From Clostridia bacterium (GTDB lineage Bacteria; Bacillota; Clostridia; RGIG6154), in assembly GCA_017626145.1 (NCBI GenBank), contig JAGAJK010000077.1, positions 125,077-189,076 of the forward strand: a stretch of 64,000 nt of DNA. The letters are read 5' to 3'. Every line of letters starts with the position of its first letter. Positions within the stretch are counted from its first letter, which is position 1. The notes beneath the pieces were generated by a model, which was given only the letters and a program-made list of their open reading frames with translations, was not told the origin of the DNA and made no database searches. Position numbers and translations under genes: made by a program. Shown one piece after another: positions 9,308 to 18,655 of the stretch.

Positions 9308-10213
9308 ATGATAAGAGGAACAGTTTTTAATATACAAAAATTCTCAGTAAATGATGGACCCGGGATAAGAACGACCGTGTTTCTAAAAGGTTGTCCTTTA
9401 AATTGTATCTGGTGTCATAATCCTGAATCCAAATCATCAAAACCCGAGCTTATGTATGATGCAAAAAAATGTATCGGTTGCAGTAAATGTATGGAAGTTT
9501 GTCCGTCAAAATGTCATAGTTTTACGGCCGGTATCCATAGTGTCAAAAGACAGAATTGTGCTGTATGCAGTAAATGTGCCGAAGTATGTCCTGCATCAGC
9601 TTTGGAAATGGCAGGTACACTTAAAACTGTTTCGGAGGTTATGGAAGAAGTCTTGAAAGATAAGGCATTTTATGAAAATTCAGGTGGGGGTATGACAATT
9701 TCAGGTGGCGAGCCTATGTTTCAGTTTGAATTTACATATGAGCTTTTAAAAGAGGCAAAGATAAACGGACTTCATACATGTATTGAAACCTGCGGTTTTA
9801 CTAAAGAAGAACATTATAAAAAAATAATTGATTTAGTTGATATTTTTCTTTTTGACTATAAAGAAACAGATTCAGTAAAGCATAAAGAGTTTACAGGTGT
9901 AGATAATAATTTGATTTTAAGCAATTTAAAAATGCTGGATTCTGAAGGTGCAAAGACTATTCTTCGATGTCCGATTATTCCAACACTAAATGACAATGAA
10001 GAACATTTTGATGGTATTGCTCAAGTGGCAAATAGCTTAAAAAATATTCTTGAAATTAATATAGAGCCTTACCATCCTTTGGGAAGCGGTAAAGCACAAA
10101 TGCTTGGCAAAGATTATCAATTGCAGGATTTAACCTTTCCTGAAAATGAAACTGTTGAAGGATGGATTAAATATATTTCAACAAAGACTAAAACACCTGT
10201 AAAGAAAGCATAA
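9308..10213 (+). CDS. glycyl-radical-enzyme activating enzyme (radical SAM; ferredoxin-insert subfamily)
   Basis: N-terminal GRE-AE signature (VNDGPGIRTTVFLKGCPLNCIWCHNPES) with a CX3CX2C cluster. Two further Cys-rich 4Fe-4S motifs follow (CIGCSKCMEVCP and CAVCSKCAEVCP). RBS AAAGGTGA. Confidence 0.85.
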   Translation: MIRGTVFNIQKFSVNDGPGIRTTVFLKGCPLNCIWCHNPESKSSKPELMYDAKKCIGCSKCMEVCPSKCHSFTAGIHSVKRQNCAVCSKCAEVCPASALEMAGTLKTVSEVMEEVLKDKAFYENSGGGMTISGGEPMFQFEFTYELLKEAKINGLHTCIETCGFTKEEHYKKIIDLVDIFLFDYKETDSVKHKEFTGVDNNLILSNLKMLDSEGAKTILRCPIIPTLNDNEEHFDGIAQVANSLKNILEINIEPYHPLGSGKAQMLGKDYQLQDLTFPENETVEGWIKYISTKTKTPVKKA

Positions 10214-10332
10214 AATAGTTTTCCTTTAGTCTCTGTCCTACACGAGTATTGGTGAACAAAATATGCAATTTTAAATATAATTATGCATAAAAGAGTTAGA
10301 TAAACTTGAATTTGACAAAGGAGTATGCTTTT

Positions 10333-10725
10333 ATGAAAAGGATAATAACATTAGTTTTGGCATTGATTTGTGTATCGGGTTTTGTAGGATATAATAATGC
10401 AACAACAGATTTACGAAAACGTTTTCCTGAATACTATAACCTCAGCGCATTCAAAGGTATAGAAGTTTACGTATGGCAGCTCAATGACGGGACATATAAA
10501 TGTGGTGCTATGACAGGAACAAATCGAACTAAGACATTTGAAGAAATATTAAACTTGAAAAATAATGGTGCGTCATTTGAAGAAATGAGAACTATTCTTT
10601 CTTCGTATGACATAGACAAGGAAGAGTTCATCATAATCCCTATAAATATCAATGCAGAGGATTTTGAAATTATAACTGATGAGTTTGAGTTTGCACGAAT
10701 CAGCGAGGCGTTTTTGAATAACTGA
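10333..10725 (+). CDS. hypothetical secreted small protein
   Basis: N-terminal signal peptide MKRIITLVLALICVSGFVG and an AAAGGAG RBS. I recognise no domain. Confidence 0.5.
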   Translation: MKRIITLVLALICVSGFVGYNNATTDLRKRFPEYYNLSAFKGIEVYVWQLNDGTYKCGAMTGTNRTKTFEEILNLKNNGASFEEMRTILSSYDIDKEEFIIIPININAEDFEIITDEFEFARISEAFLNN

Positions 10726-10863
10726 CCAATTTCAATTTATCGAACTAAATATCTGTATAGGAGCAGGATTGAAACACATATTGCTCCTTTTTATTGGGAA
10801 TTTACAAAAAATGAACAAAATGCATACCTCTACTTATCTGATACAGAGACTTTCTTTATACAT

Positions 10864-10891
10864 AAAAAGCATTGCAGAGCAATGCTTTTTT
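10864..10891. terminator. bidirectional intrinsic terminator at the 3' end of the ABC exporter operon
   Basis: AAGCATTGC-aga-GCAATGCTT flanked by an A-run and a T-run. Confidence 0.75.
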
Positions 10892-10895
10892 ATTA

Positions 10896-12683
10896 TCAAT
10901 CAATATTTAAAAATTTAAACTGAGCCTGATACAAATCGTAATATGCACCTTTCTTTTCGAGAAGTTCTTCGTGTGTACCGCGTTCTGAGATGTTTTTGTT
11001 AGCGATGTGCATAATACAATCACATTGTTTTATTGTTGAAAGTCTGTGAGCTACGATAAACGATGTTCGACCTTTTAAAAGTTCGTGTAAACCTTTTTGG
11101 AGAAGGATTTCGGTTTCTGTATCTATACTTGACGTTGCTTCATCCAGGATGAGAATTTTGGGATTAGAAAGAAGTGTTCTTGCGAACGCAATAAGCTGTC
11201 TCTGACCGACAGAAAGTGAAGAACCTCTTTCGTTTATCATAGTATCGTAACCTTGTGGCATAGCCATAATAAAATCGTGAGCACATACTGTTTTTGCCGC
11301 TTTGATAATTTCTTCATCTGTAGCATCTAATTTACCATAACGTATGTTTTCTTTTATGGTGCCGGAGAAAAGAAAGCTATCCTGAAGCATAACCCCCATT
11401 TGTGTTCTTAATGATTTTAAGGTTGCGTGTTTTATATCATGTCCATCAATTAAAATCTTTCCACCTTGAATATCATAAAATCTCGAAAGAAGATTAATTA
11501 TAGTGGATTTTCCAGCACCTGTTGGTCCAACAAGAGCAATAGATTCTCCTGCTTTTACGCTAAATGAAACATTTTCGAGAACATTGGGTTCGCCCTCTTC
11601 ATATGTAAATGTTACATTATCGAATTCAACATTTCCTTTCATTTCGGGTAAGTCTGTTGCATCTTCTAAATCCGTAATAACTAAAGGCTCATCAAGTGTT
11701 TCGAAAATTCTTTCAATATAAGCTGAACATGTAACTACCTGATTATAATAGTTTGCAAGTGTTGAAATCGGAGTCCAGAAGCGTGTTACATATGATGCAA
11801 ATGCGATAAGTACACCTAACGTAAGCGTGTGTGTGCCTATTCTTGAAGCACCAATTAAATATATAGCAAGAACCGTTACAACAGAGAGTATATTAACAGT
11901 AACAGGGATCGCAAATTCAATGTAACGTGCTTTCATCCAGTATTTTTTATTTTCTCTGCAAAGGCTATCGAAGGTCTCATAGTTCTTTTCTTCACGTGCG
12001 AAAGATTGTGTAACTTTCATACCGGAAATATTTTCGCTTATGTATGCGGTAAGATTACTCTGTTTTGCCGAAAGTGTCTGCCATGCTTTACGGTGTTTTG
12101 ATTTTAAAAGTAAAATAAAGATAATGAAAATCGGGATAGCGAGTAAGCATACAAGTGTAAGCTTTACATCCATAAACAACATAAAAACAATTATTACAAC
12201 TATAGTAAATAAGTTGGCAACAATGTCAACTATGCCGTCAGAAAACAAATGCGCAATAGCATTTATGTAATTAACAACCCTGATTAGAATTTTACCGTGA
12301 GGTCTTGAATCAAAGTAGGAGAGGGGTAGATACTGCATATGATTGTACACATCATATCTTAAATCACGAACAAGACCCATACCTACTTTGTTTATAACCT
12401 TAGCTCTGGCACCGGTATTAATCCATATAAGGATTTCAGAAACAACTATTCCACCTGCAAGCATATAGAGAAGATTAAAATCCTTATTAGGGAGACATAC
12501 GTCTATAACCATTGCTGTCAGGTATGGTGGTAATAAATTAAGGACAGAGTTTATTAACATCAAAACAATAGCCAGATATAAACTCTTTTTAAATTTTACA
12601 ATATAAGACCAAAGTCTTTTAATTTGGGAAAAGTTAATTTCTGATTTTAATTTTTCATCAACGTCAAATTTATTTCTTGCCAT
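10896..12683 (-). CDS. ABC transporter, fused permease/ATP-binding subunit (exporter type), second of a heterodimeric pair
   Basis: Six N-terminal TM helices followed by an NBD with Walker A GPTGAGKST, signature LSVGQRQ, Walker B ILILDEATS and an H-loop. Start overlaps the stop of the upstream gene. Confidence 0.9.
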   Translation of the reverse strand: MARNKFDVDEKLKSEINFSQIKRLWSYIVKFKKSLYLAIVLMLINSVLNLLPPYLTAMVIDVCLPNKDFNLLYMLAGGIVVSEILIWINTGARAKVINKVGMGLVRDLRYDVYNHMQYLPLSYFDSRPHGKILIRVVNYINAIAHLFSDGIVDIVANLFTIVVIIVFMLFMDVKLTLVCLLAIPIFIIFILLLKSKHRKAWQTLSAKQSNLTAYISENISGMKVTQSFAREEKNYETFDSLCRENKKYWMKARYIEFAIPVTVNILSVVTVLAIYLIGASRIGTHTLTLGVLIAFASYVTRFWTPISTLANYYNQVVTCSAYIERIFETLDEPLVITDLEDATDLPEMKGNVEFDNVTFTYEEGEPNVLENVSFSVKAGESIALVGPTGAGKSTIINLLSRFYDIQGGKILIDGHDIKHATLKSLRTQMGVMLQDSFLFSGTIKENIRYGKLDATDEEIIKAAKTVCAHDFIMAMPQGYDTMINERGSSLSVGQRQLIAFARTLLSNPKILILDEATSSIDTETEILLQKGLHELLKGRTSFIVAHRLSTIKQCDCIMHIANKNISERGTHEELLEKKGAYYDLYQAQFKFLNID

Positions 12684-14491
12684 TATTTCGTACCTCCCAT
12701 TTTAAATGAATTAAAATTAGGATAATCTACGTCTATTGTTCCGGTGTTGGTGAAGTCACCGAATTGACTGTCATATACGTGTTTATAGTAACCGTTTTGA
12801 TTAAGAAGCTGATTGTGGTTACCCCATTCAATAAGATGTCCACCGTTCATAACAAGAATCAAGTCAGCATTTTTAACAGAAGATATTCTGTGAGCAATTA
12901 TGATGGTAGTTTTGTTTTTATAGTTGTTTTCGAGAGTCTGTTGAATAGAAAATTCTGTTTCCATATCAACTGCAGAAGTGGTATCATCCAGAATCAGTAT
13001 AGATGGGTTTTTGAGAAGAGCTCTTGCAAGTGAAATTCGTTGTCTTTGTCCGCCTGAAAGACCCACACCGCGTTCACCTACAATTGTGTCATATCCATCG
13101 GGGAGCTTACTTATGAATTCGTGTGCATCTGCGTCTTTTGCAACTTTAATAATATCTTCTCTTGTTGCAGTTGGAATGCCATAGGCAATATTGTTCGCAA
13201 TCGTGTCAGAAAAAAGGAAAATATCCTGCATTGCGATAGCGACACTTTTTCTGACGGTATTTAAATCGATATTTTTTATGTTAATATCATCAATATAAAC
13301 AGTACCTTCTCTTGGGTCGTAGAATCTTGAAATCAAGTTCACTATTGATGATTTTCCTGAACCTGTTGGGCCGATAATAGCAACTGTATCACCTGGATTC
13401 GCAGTAAAATTGATTGATTTTAAAACTCTGTCTTTTTCATATGAGAAGGTAACATTTTTGAAAGTTATTTTACCTTCAATAGCAGTATCTCTTTTAAGTA
13501 CTTTATGATTACGGATATCAGGTGTTGCATCGTAAAGCTTCCTTAATTTGATTGTACTTGCTGATGCCTGTTGAATCTGATTTAAAAGGGTACCAAGTAA
13601 TTGCATTGGACTTACAATGCACCACAGTATTCCGTTAACTGTAGCATACTGTCCGACTGTAGCGTGACCTGTTAATGTCAGATATCCGCCAACGAGAATG
13701 AAGACAACATTAGTTAGATTTACGCTGAATGTGAGACGAGGGTAATACTTAACCCATGTATATACAAAGTGCATATGTTTGTTATAATAATTCTCATTTG
13801 ATTTTTGGAATTTTTCAGTTTCAAATTCTTCTCTTGCATATGCTTTTACAACTTTATTACCATCAATATTTTCCTGAGCAACAGAATTAAGCTCCGAAAT
13901 AGCTTCACGCTGTCCTATGAATGTAGGTTTTAATTTTTTTCCGAGAACAATAGCGAAGTATGCAACTAAAGGTGATACTGCAAATAATGCGATTGCGAGT
14001 ATCGGACTTACGCTGATAACAATACCAAAACCTATAACAAAAAAGCTGAGGCTCTGTACTATCTGAGGAACCGTACCTGTAAGTACGGCTTTTACACTGT
14101 CAATATCACTGGTAAGTCTTGAAAGAATGTCGCCTGTTTTGTTTTTTTCAAAAAAACGACAGTCAAGTGCTTCAAGTCTTGCAAAAAGTTCACAACGTAT
14201 CTGCATAACAATATTCTGAGAAATATGTTCGTTGATACATCCTTTTATGTAGAAACAAGCCTCTTTGCCGATGATAGCTCCTAAAATAACAGCACTATAA
14301 ATAAGCAGCTGATTTTTATCAATCTGAAATGAAGCTGTTTCAACCATATTCTGAATCAAGTCAACAATTTTACCAATTATTATAGGATGAACATAATTGA
14401 AAGCAACATAACCGAATGTAAGAATGATTGTAATAATGAGCAGAATAGAATACTTCTTAAAATACTTACTTAACCATCGCAGTGTATCCAT
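12683..14491 (-). CDS. ABC transporter, fused permease/ATP-binding subunit (exporter type), first of the pair
   Basis: TM domain followed by an NBD with GPTGSGKSS, LSGGQRQR and ILILDDTTSAVD. I chose the start at MDTLRW, which has a GGGAG RBS. The track ORF has a TTG start at 14506. Confidence 0.9.
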   Translation of the reverse strand: MDTLRWLSKYFKKYSILLIITIILTFGYVAFNYVHPIIIGKIVDLIQNMVETASFQIDKNQLLIYSAVILGAIIGKEACFYIKGCINEHISQNIVMQIRCELFARLEALDCRFFEKNKTGDILSRLTSDIDSVKAVLTGTVPQIVQSLSFFVIGFGIVISVSPILAIALFAVSPLVAYFAIVLGKKLKPTFIGQREAISELNSVAQENIDGNKVVKAYAREEFETEKFQKSNENYYNKHMHFVYTWVKYYPRLTFSVNLTNVVFILVGGYLTLTGHATVGQYATVNGILWCIVSPMQLLGTLLNQIQQASASTIKLRKLYDATPDIRNHKVLKRDTAIEGKITFKNVTFSYEKDRVLKSINFTANPGDTVAIIGPTGSGKSSIVNLISRFYDPREGTVYIDDINIKNIDLNTVRKSVAIAMQDIFLFSDTIANNIAYGIPTATREDIIKVAKDADAHEFISKLPDGYDTIVGERGVGLSGGQRQRISLARALLKNPSILILDDTTSAVDMETEFSIQQTLENNYKNKTTIIIAHRISSVKNADLILVMNGGHLIEWGNHNQLLNQNGYYKHVYDSQFGDFTNTGTIDVDYPNFNSFKMGGTK

Positions 14492-14690
14492 AATATCTCC
14501 CTGCAAAAGGTATATTAGCCGTATTATTTGTCTTTTATCAAGACGACCTTTTGCTTTAACTCATATGTATTATAGGATAAAATATCCATAAAAGCAACAC
14601 TTTTTTTTAGTTTAATTGCACAATTTTTTTGTTTATAATTACTTTAAATAAAAAATAACAGAAAATTGATGAAAAAATGTGCGTTTGCTA

Positions 14691-14719
14691 TTGACAAAAT
14701 GTGTTTTGAGATGTAAAAT
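14691..14719 (+). promoter_or_regulatory. sigma-A-type promoter for the isomerase/oxidoreductase/SGNH operon
   Basis: TTGACA, 17-nt spacer, TAAAAT, 30 nt upstream of the GGAGG RBS. Confidence 0.6.
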
Positions 14720-14748
14720 GTAAACGATTACAACATCGGAGGTTTGTT

Positions 14749-15504
14749 ATGGAAAAATTAGGTTTACAGCTTTTTACAGTAAGAAATACAATGGATATAG
14801 AAGAAGGTGTCAGATACACCTTCAAGAAAATAAGTGAAATAGGATATACTCAGGTTCAAACAGCAGGAATTTCAATACCTGCAGAAACTTTCAAATCAAT
14901 TGCCGATGAGTATGGTATTGAAATAGTGGGAACTCATGGAAGCTTTAACAAGCTTATCGAAGATCCTGATAAAGCTATGAGAGAACATGAGATCCTTGGT
15001 ACAAAAAATGTTGGTATCGGTGGTTTTTGGCCTAAATCTTTGGATGATCTTAAGGAATTTATTGAAAAGGCAAATAAGTTTGCTGAAATAATCGGTAAAG
15101 AAGGATATAAATTTACATATCATAACCATGGTCATGAGTTTGCGAAATATACTGACAAAACAATTATGCAGACCTTAGTTGATGAGCTTGATAAAGATAA
15201 TACAAGCTTTGTACTTGACACTTGTTGGGTACAGTATGGTGGTGCTTCACCTGTTGAATGGATTAATAAACTTGCTGGAAGAATTGAAATTATTCATCTT
15301 AAAGATATTTTCTATTCACTTATCGAAAATAAACCGTTAATGACTGAAATCGGTAACGGAAATCTTAATTTCCATGATATTATTGAAGCCTGCAGAAAAA
15401 CAGGTGTTAAATACTATGTTGTTGAGCAGGATATTTGTCCTGTTGATCCATTTGAAAGTATTAAGCAGAGTGCAGATTATCTCACAGAAAATTTTCTTAA
15501 ATAG
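14749..15504 (+). CDS. sugar phosphate isomerase/epimerase family protein (xylose-isomerase-like TIM barrel)
   Basis: 251 aa with the TIM-barrel pattern of the AP-endonuclease-2/IolE family. Motifs include GYTQVQ..., HGSF, IGGFWP, YHNHGHEF and IIHLKD. Confidence 0.8.
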   Translation: MEKLGLQLFTVRNTMDIEEGVRYTFKKISEIGYTQVQTAGISIPAETFKSIADEYGIEIVGTHGSFNKLIEDPDKAMREHEILGTKNVGIGGFWPKSLDDLKEFIEKANKFAEIIGKEGYKFTYHNHGHEFAKYTDKTIMQTLVDELDKDNTSFVLDTCWVQYGGASPVEWINKLAGRIEIIHLKDIFYSLIENKPLMTEIGNGNLNFHDIIEACRKTGVKYYVVEQDICPVDPFESIKQSADYLTENFLK

Positions 15505-15515
15505 GAGACAGTAAA

Positions 15516-16562
15516 ATGAAACATAATTTATGTGTAATAGGATACGGCGGAATGGGTGGATGGCATGTAAGACACGCCCTTGAAAGTGATGTAATAAATT
15601 TAAAAGGTGTATGGGATATTAACCCTGAAAGACTTGAAGTTGCTAAAGAAAACGGAATTTATGCTTATTCTTCACTTGAAGAAGTTTTAAATGATAAAGA
15701 AGTTGATCTTGTTACAATAGCAACACCAAATGACGTTCATATCGATCTTGCGATTAAAGCTTTAGATGCAGGTAAAAATGTTATTTCTGAAAAGCCTGTT
15801 ACGTTAAATGTGAAAGAACTTGAAACTATAATCGAAGCAGCAAAAAGAAATAATAAACTCTTTACTGTTCACCAGAACAGAAGATGGGACACTGACTTTT
15901 TAGCTGTTAAAGACCTTCGTGATAAAAATGAGCTTGGTCATATATTTGAAATCGAATCTCGTGTTCATGGTTCACGTGGTATCCCCGGAGACTGGAGAAA
16001 AGAAGTTGAACATGGTGGCGGTATGCTTTATGACTGGGGCATACATTTAATAGACCAGATTCTTCAGATTATTCCTGAAAAATTAATTTCTGTTAACTGT
16101 GTGTTTGACAATATAACAAACACAGAAGTTGATGACGGATTTAAGCTTCGTATGGTGTTTGAAAATGAAATGTCAGCTTATGTTGAAGTCGGCACATACA
16201 ATTTTATCAATATGCCAAGATTCTATGTTAAAGCTGAAAAAGGCACAGGTATGATTAATGACTGGCAGAATGATATGGATGTAGTAAAAGTTCTTCAGTG
16301 GCATGAAGATGGTGTAATTCCTGTTAAAACTGCAGCAGGTCTTACAAAGACTATGGCACCGAGAACAGAGAAAACAACAGAAAGCTATGTTAAAATTAAA
16401 CCTAAAAGCGATGTTCATGATTTCTATAGAAATTATTGTCGAGCAATTGAAGGAAAGGAAAAACAGCTCGTAAACCACGAAGAAATGATAAGAGTAATGA
16501 AAGTCATTGAAGTTTGCTTCGAATCTGCAAGAACAAATCAGACAATAAAAACAAATCTGTAA
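15516..16562 (+). CDS. Gfo/Idh/MocA-family NAD(P)-dependent oxidoreductase
   Basis: N-terminal Rossmann motif VIGYGGMGGWH, followed by ...VTIATPNDVHIDLAIKALDAGKNVISEKP, which is typical of the family. Confidence 0.85.
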   Translation: MKHNLCVIGYGGMGGWHVRHALESDVINLKGVWDINPERLEVAKENGIYAYSSLEEVLNDKEVDLVTIATPNDVHIDLAIKALDAGKNVISEKPVTLNVKELETIIEAAKRNNKLFTVHQNRRWDTDFLAVKDLRDKNELGHIFEIESRVHGSRGIPGDWRKEVEHGGGMLYDWGIHLIDQILQIIPEKLISVNCVFDNITNTEVDDGFKLRMVFENEMSAYVEVGTYNFINMPRFYVKAEKGTGMINDWQNDMDVVKVLQWHEDGVIPVKTAAGLTKTMAPRTEKTTESYVKIKPKSDVHDFYRNYCRAIEGKEKQLVNHEEMIRVMKVIEVCFESARTNQTIKTNL

Positions 16563-16568
16563 AATTTA

Positions 16569-16600
16569 TTCCGCAAAGACTATGTTTTTGCGGAATTATG
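16569..16600 (+). terminator. intrinsic terminator or attenuator between the oxidoreductase and the SGNH gene
   Basis: TTCCGCAAA-gactatgt-TTTGCGGAA followed by a T-rich tail. Confidence 0.6.
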
Positions 16601-16651
16601 GTTTTTGATTCTTATTGTTTAATTCTATGTACAATAGTAAGGATGGATAAA

Positions 16652-17677
16652 ATGAAAATAGATTTAAATAAAATCAAAGAAATAACAAAAGGTGCTGTAA
16701 GAATTACAGAAGAAAACAATGGTGTTCATTTTTACAGATTTACAAAAGAGCAGGAAGAAATGTATAAAGAGTTTTCTGATAAACACCTTGCAGATTTTTA
16801 CAAAAAATCCTTTGCAACTGCCGGCGTGAAGCTATTATTTAAAACTAACAGTAAAACGTTGAATCTGAAAGGTCATTTGTTCTCTGGTTCATCAAGATTT
16901 TATTATTCGATTGATATTTTTATTAATGGTATATTTTTTGATTGTATTAAAAATTTTGATGAAAGTGTTCTTCCTGATAATTATTCCGCAGAACCCTTTC
17001 CGGTCGATAGATTTTCCAAAAGCTTTGAAATAGGCGAGGGTGATAAAACAGTGTGTATATACTTGCCGTGGAGTATGTGTACTGTGTTAGACGAATTATC
17101 ACTTGATGACTGTTCGTTTATTAAGCCGATTAAAACGAATGAAAAATTGCTTGTCTTCGGTGACTCTATTACACAGGGGTATGACTCTTTGTATCCGTCA
17201 AACAGATATGCCTGCAAGCTTGCCGAAATGATTGGTGCAGAAGAAATTAACAAAGGTATAGGTGGAGAAATGTTTCGTCCGGACCTGGCAAAAATTAAAG
17301 AAGATTTTGAACCCGATTATATAACCGTAGCTTATGGTACTAACGATTGGAGCAGCAGAAATAAAGATGAATTTGTTTCAAACTGTAATAATTTTTTTGA
17401 TGCGCTTTATGAAAATTATCCAAAATCAAAAATATTTGCAATTTCACCTGTGTGGAGAAAAGATTGGGAGTCAAACGAAAAATTCTGCAAGTTCTCTGAG
17501 ATTGAAGAATATATGAAAAAGGTGACTGAAAACCTCGATAACGTAACAGTGATTTCCGGTTTTGAATTTGTTCCTCATGAAGAAGCGTGTTATGGTGATT
17601 TATGGTTACATCCAAATGATAAAGGCTTTGAGCATTATACTCAAAACCTTTATGAGAAAATTAAAAAATTTTTATAA
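16652..17677 (+). CDS. SGNH/GDSL-family hydrolase with an N-terminal extra domain of about 170 aa
   Basis: C-terminal block I GDSITQG, block III GTND and block V DLWLHPNDKGFEHY. I chose the start at MKIDLNK, 8 nt after an AAGGA RBS. The track ORF starts at 16514. Confidence 0.75.
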   Translation: MKIDLNKIKEITKGAVRITEENNGVHFYRFTKEQEEMYKEFSDKHLADFYKKSFATAGVKLLFKTNSKTLNLKGHLFSGSSRFYYSIDIFINGIFFDCIKNFDESVLPDNYSAEPFPVDRFSKSFEIGEGDKTVCIYLPWSMCTVLDELSLDDCSFIKPIKTNEKLLVFGDSITQGYDSLYPSNRYACKLAEMIGAEEINKGIGGEMFRPDLAKIKEDFEPDYITVAYGTNDWSSRNKDEFVSNCNNFFDALYENYPKSKIFAISPVWRKDWESNEKFCKFSEIEEYMKKVTENLDNVTVISGFEFVPHEEACYGDLWLHPNDKGFEHYTQNLYEKIKKFL

Positions 17678-18538
17678 TATGCTTTTGGTGTAAGCTGTGG
17701 GAGACATTCCTACAGCTTTCTTAAATGCACGTGAGAAATTATGTATTGAAGAATATCCCAGCATATCAGAAATCTGACTTATCGAATAATTTTTTTCGCG
17801 TAAAAGCTTTTTCGCTTCTTCATTTTTAAGAGCCGTAAAATAATCCATAGGACTTTGGGATAATGATTCCTTGAATATTTTACATAATTGTGTTTTGCCA
17901 ATAGAAAAATTTGAACATAATTCTTTTATGGAAAGATTAGAATTAACGTTTCTTTTCATATATTCACACATAATTTCACACATGGAATTTTTCACATCGT
18001 TTCTTGATTGTTTTTCGGTTAAATTTGCAAGAGTATTACCACTTCTTATAAGTTTAATAAGGAATTCAGTAAAATGACAGTTTAACAGTTGAACGGAGCC
18101 AAACTGTGCTTTTGAAAAATCAAGAGGCAGATGATTTTGGTAATCATTCGGTATATCTCCCAATGCATTTTTTGCTTCTTGGAGAAATAGCTTAAGAATC
18201 GTCTTTGAGTTTTTATCAAGTGTAAAAGTTTTTCCTTTAAAATATTCCATTGCGTTTCCATAAGCCGAAAACGAAACCACAAGCATATTATTTGCGACTC
18301 TTTTATCTGAGATATGGGAATGTGTTTCCATAGGTTGATGGAAAATAGCCTGCCCCTGGGAAAGGGGATAAACAACGTCGTTGGCAATTGCGTTTACGTT
18401 TCCGTTGTCAACATAAACCATTTCCCAATAATTGTGGCTTTCTGGTTCATGGAAAAAATCCTTGCTGAATTCAAAGTAATAAATGTTGTTGAAATTTTCT
18501 ATAAATATTTCGTTTTCTTTTTTAGATAATAGTTCCAT
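17672..18538 (-). CDS. AraC-family transcriptional regulator (cupin plus HTH)
   Basis: C-terminal dual HTH (SIKELCSNFSIGKTQLCKIFKE...ISQISDMLGYSSIHNFSRAFKKAVGMSPTAYTKS). I chose the start at MELLSK, which has an AAGGTGG RBS. Its stop overlaps the SGNH stop within TTATAA. Confidence 0.85.
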   Translation of the reverse strand: MELLSKKENEIFIENFNNIYYFEFSKDFFHEPESHNYWEMVYVDNGNVNAIANDVVYPLSQGQAIFHQPMETHSHISDKRVANNMLVVSFSAYGNAMEYFKGKTFTLDKNSKTILKLFLQEAKNALGDIPNDYQNHLPLDFSKAQFGSVQLLNCHFTEFLIKLIRSGNTLANLTEKQSRNDVKNSMCEIMCEYMKRNVNSNLSIKELCSNFSIGKTQLCKIFKESLSQSPMDYFTALKNEEAKKLLREKNYSISQISDMLGYSSIHNFSRAFKKAVGMSPTAYTKSIL

Positions 18539-18655
18539 ATAAACCACCTTGCGAACAAAATGATAAAACTTACGTAAATTTTGATAAATACTTATTTATT
18601 AATTTATTATATAATGTAATCGTATAAAAGTCAATAAATATCGGAGGTAAATATA

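Noticed and set aside
16514-16651. N-terminal extension of the SGNH hydrolase ORF
   Set aside because: The extension overlaps the upstream gene and covers a terminator-like hairpin. A good RBS precedes the internal ATG at 16652.
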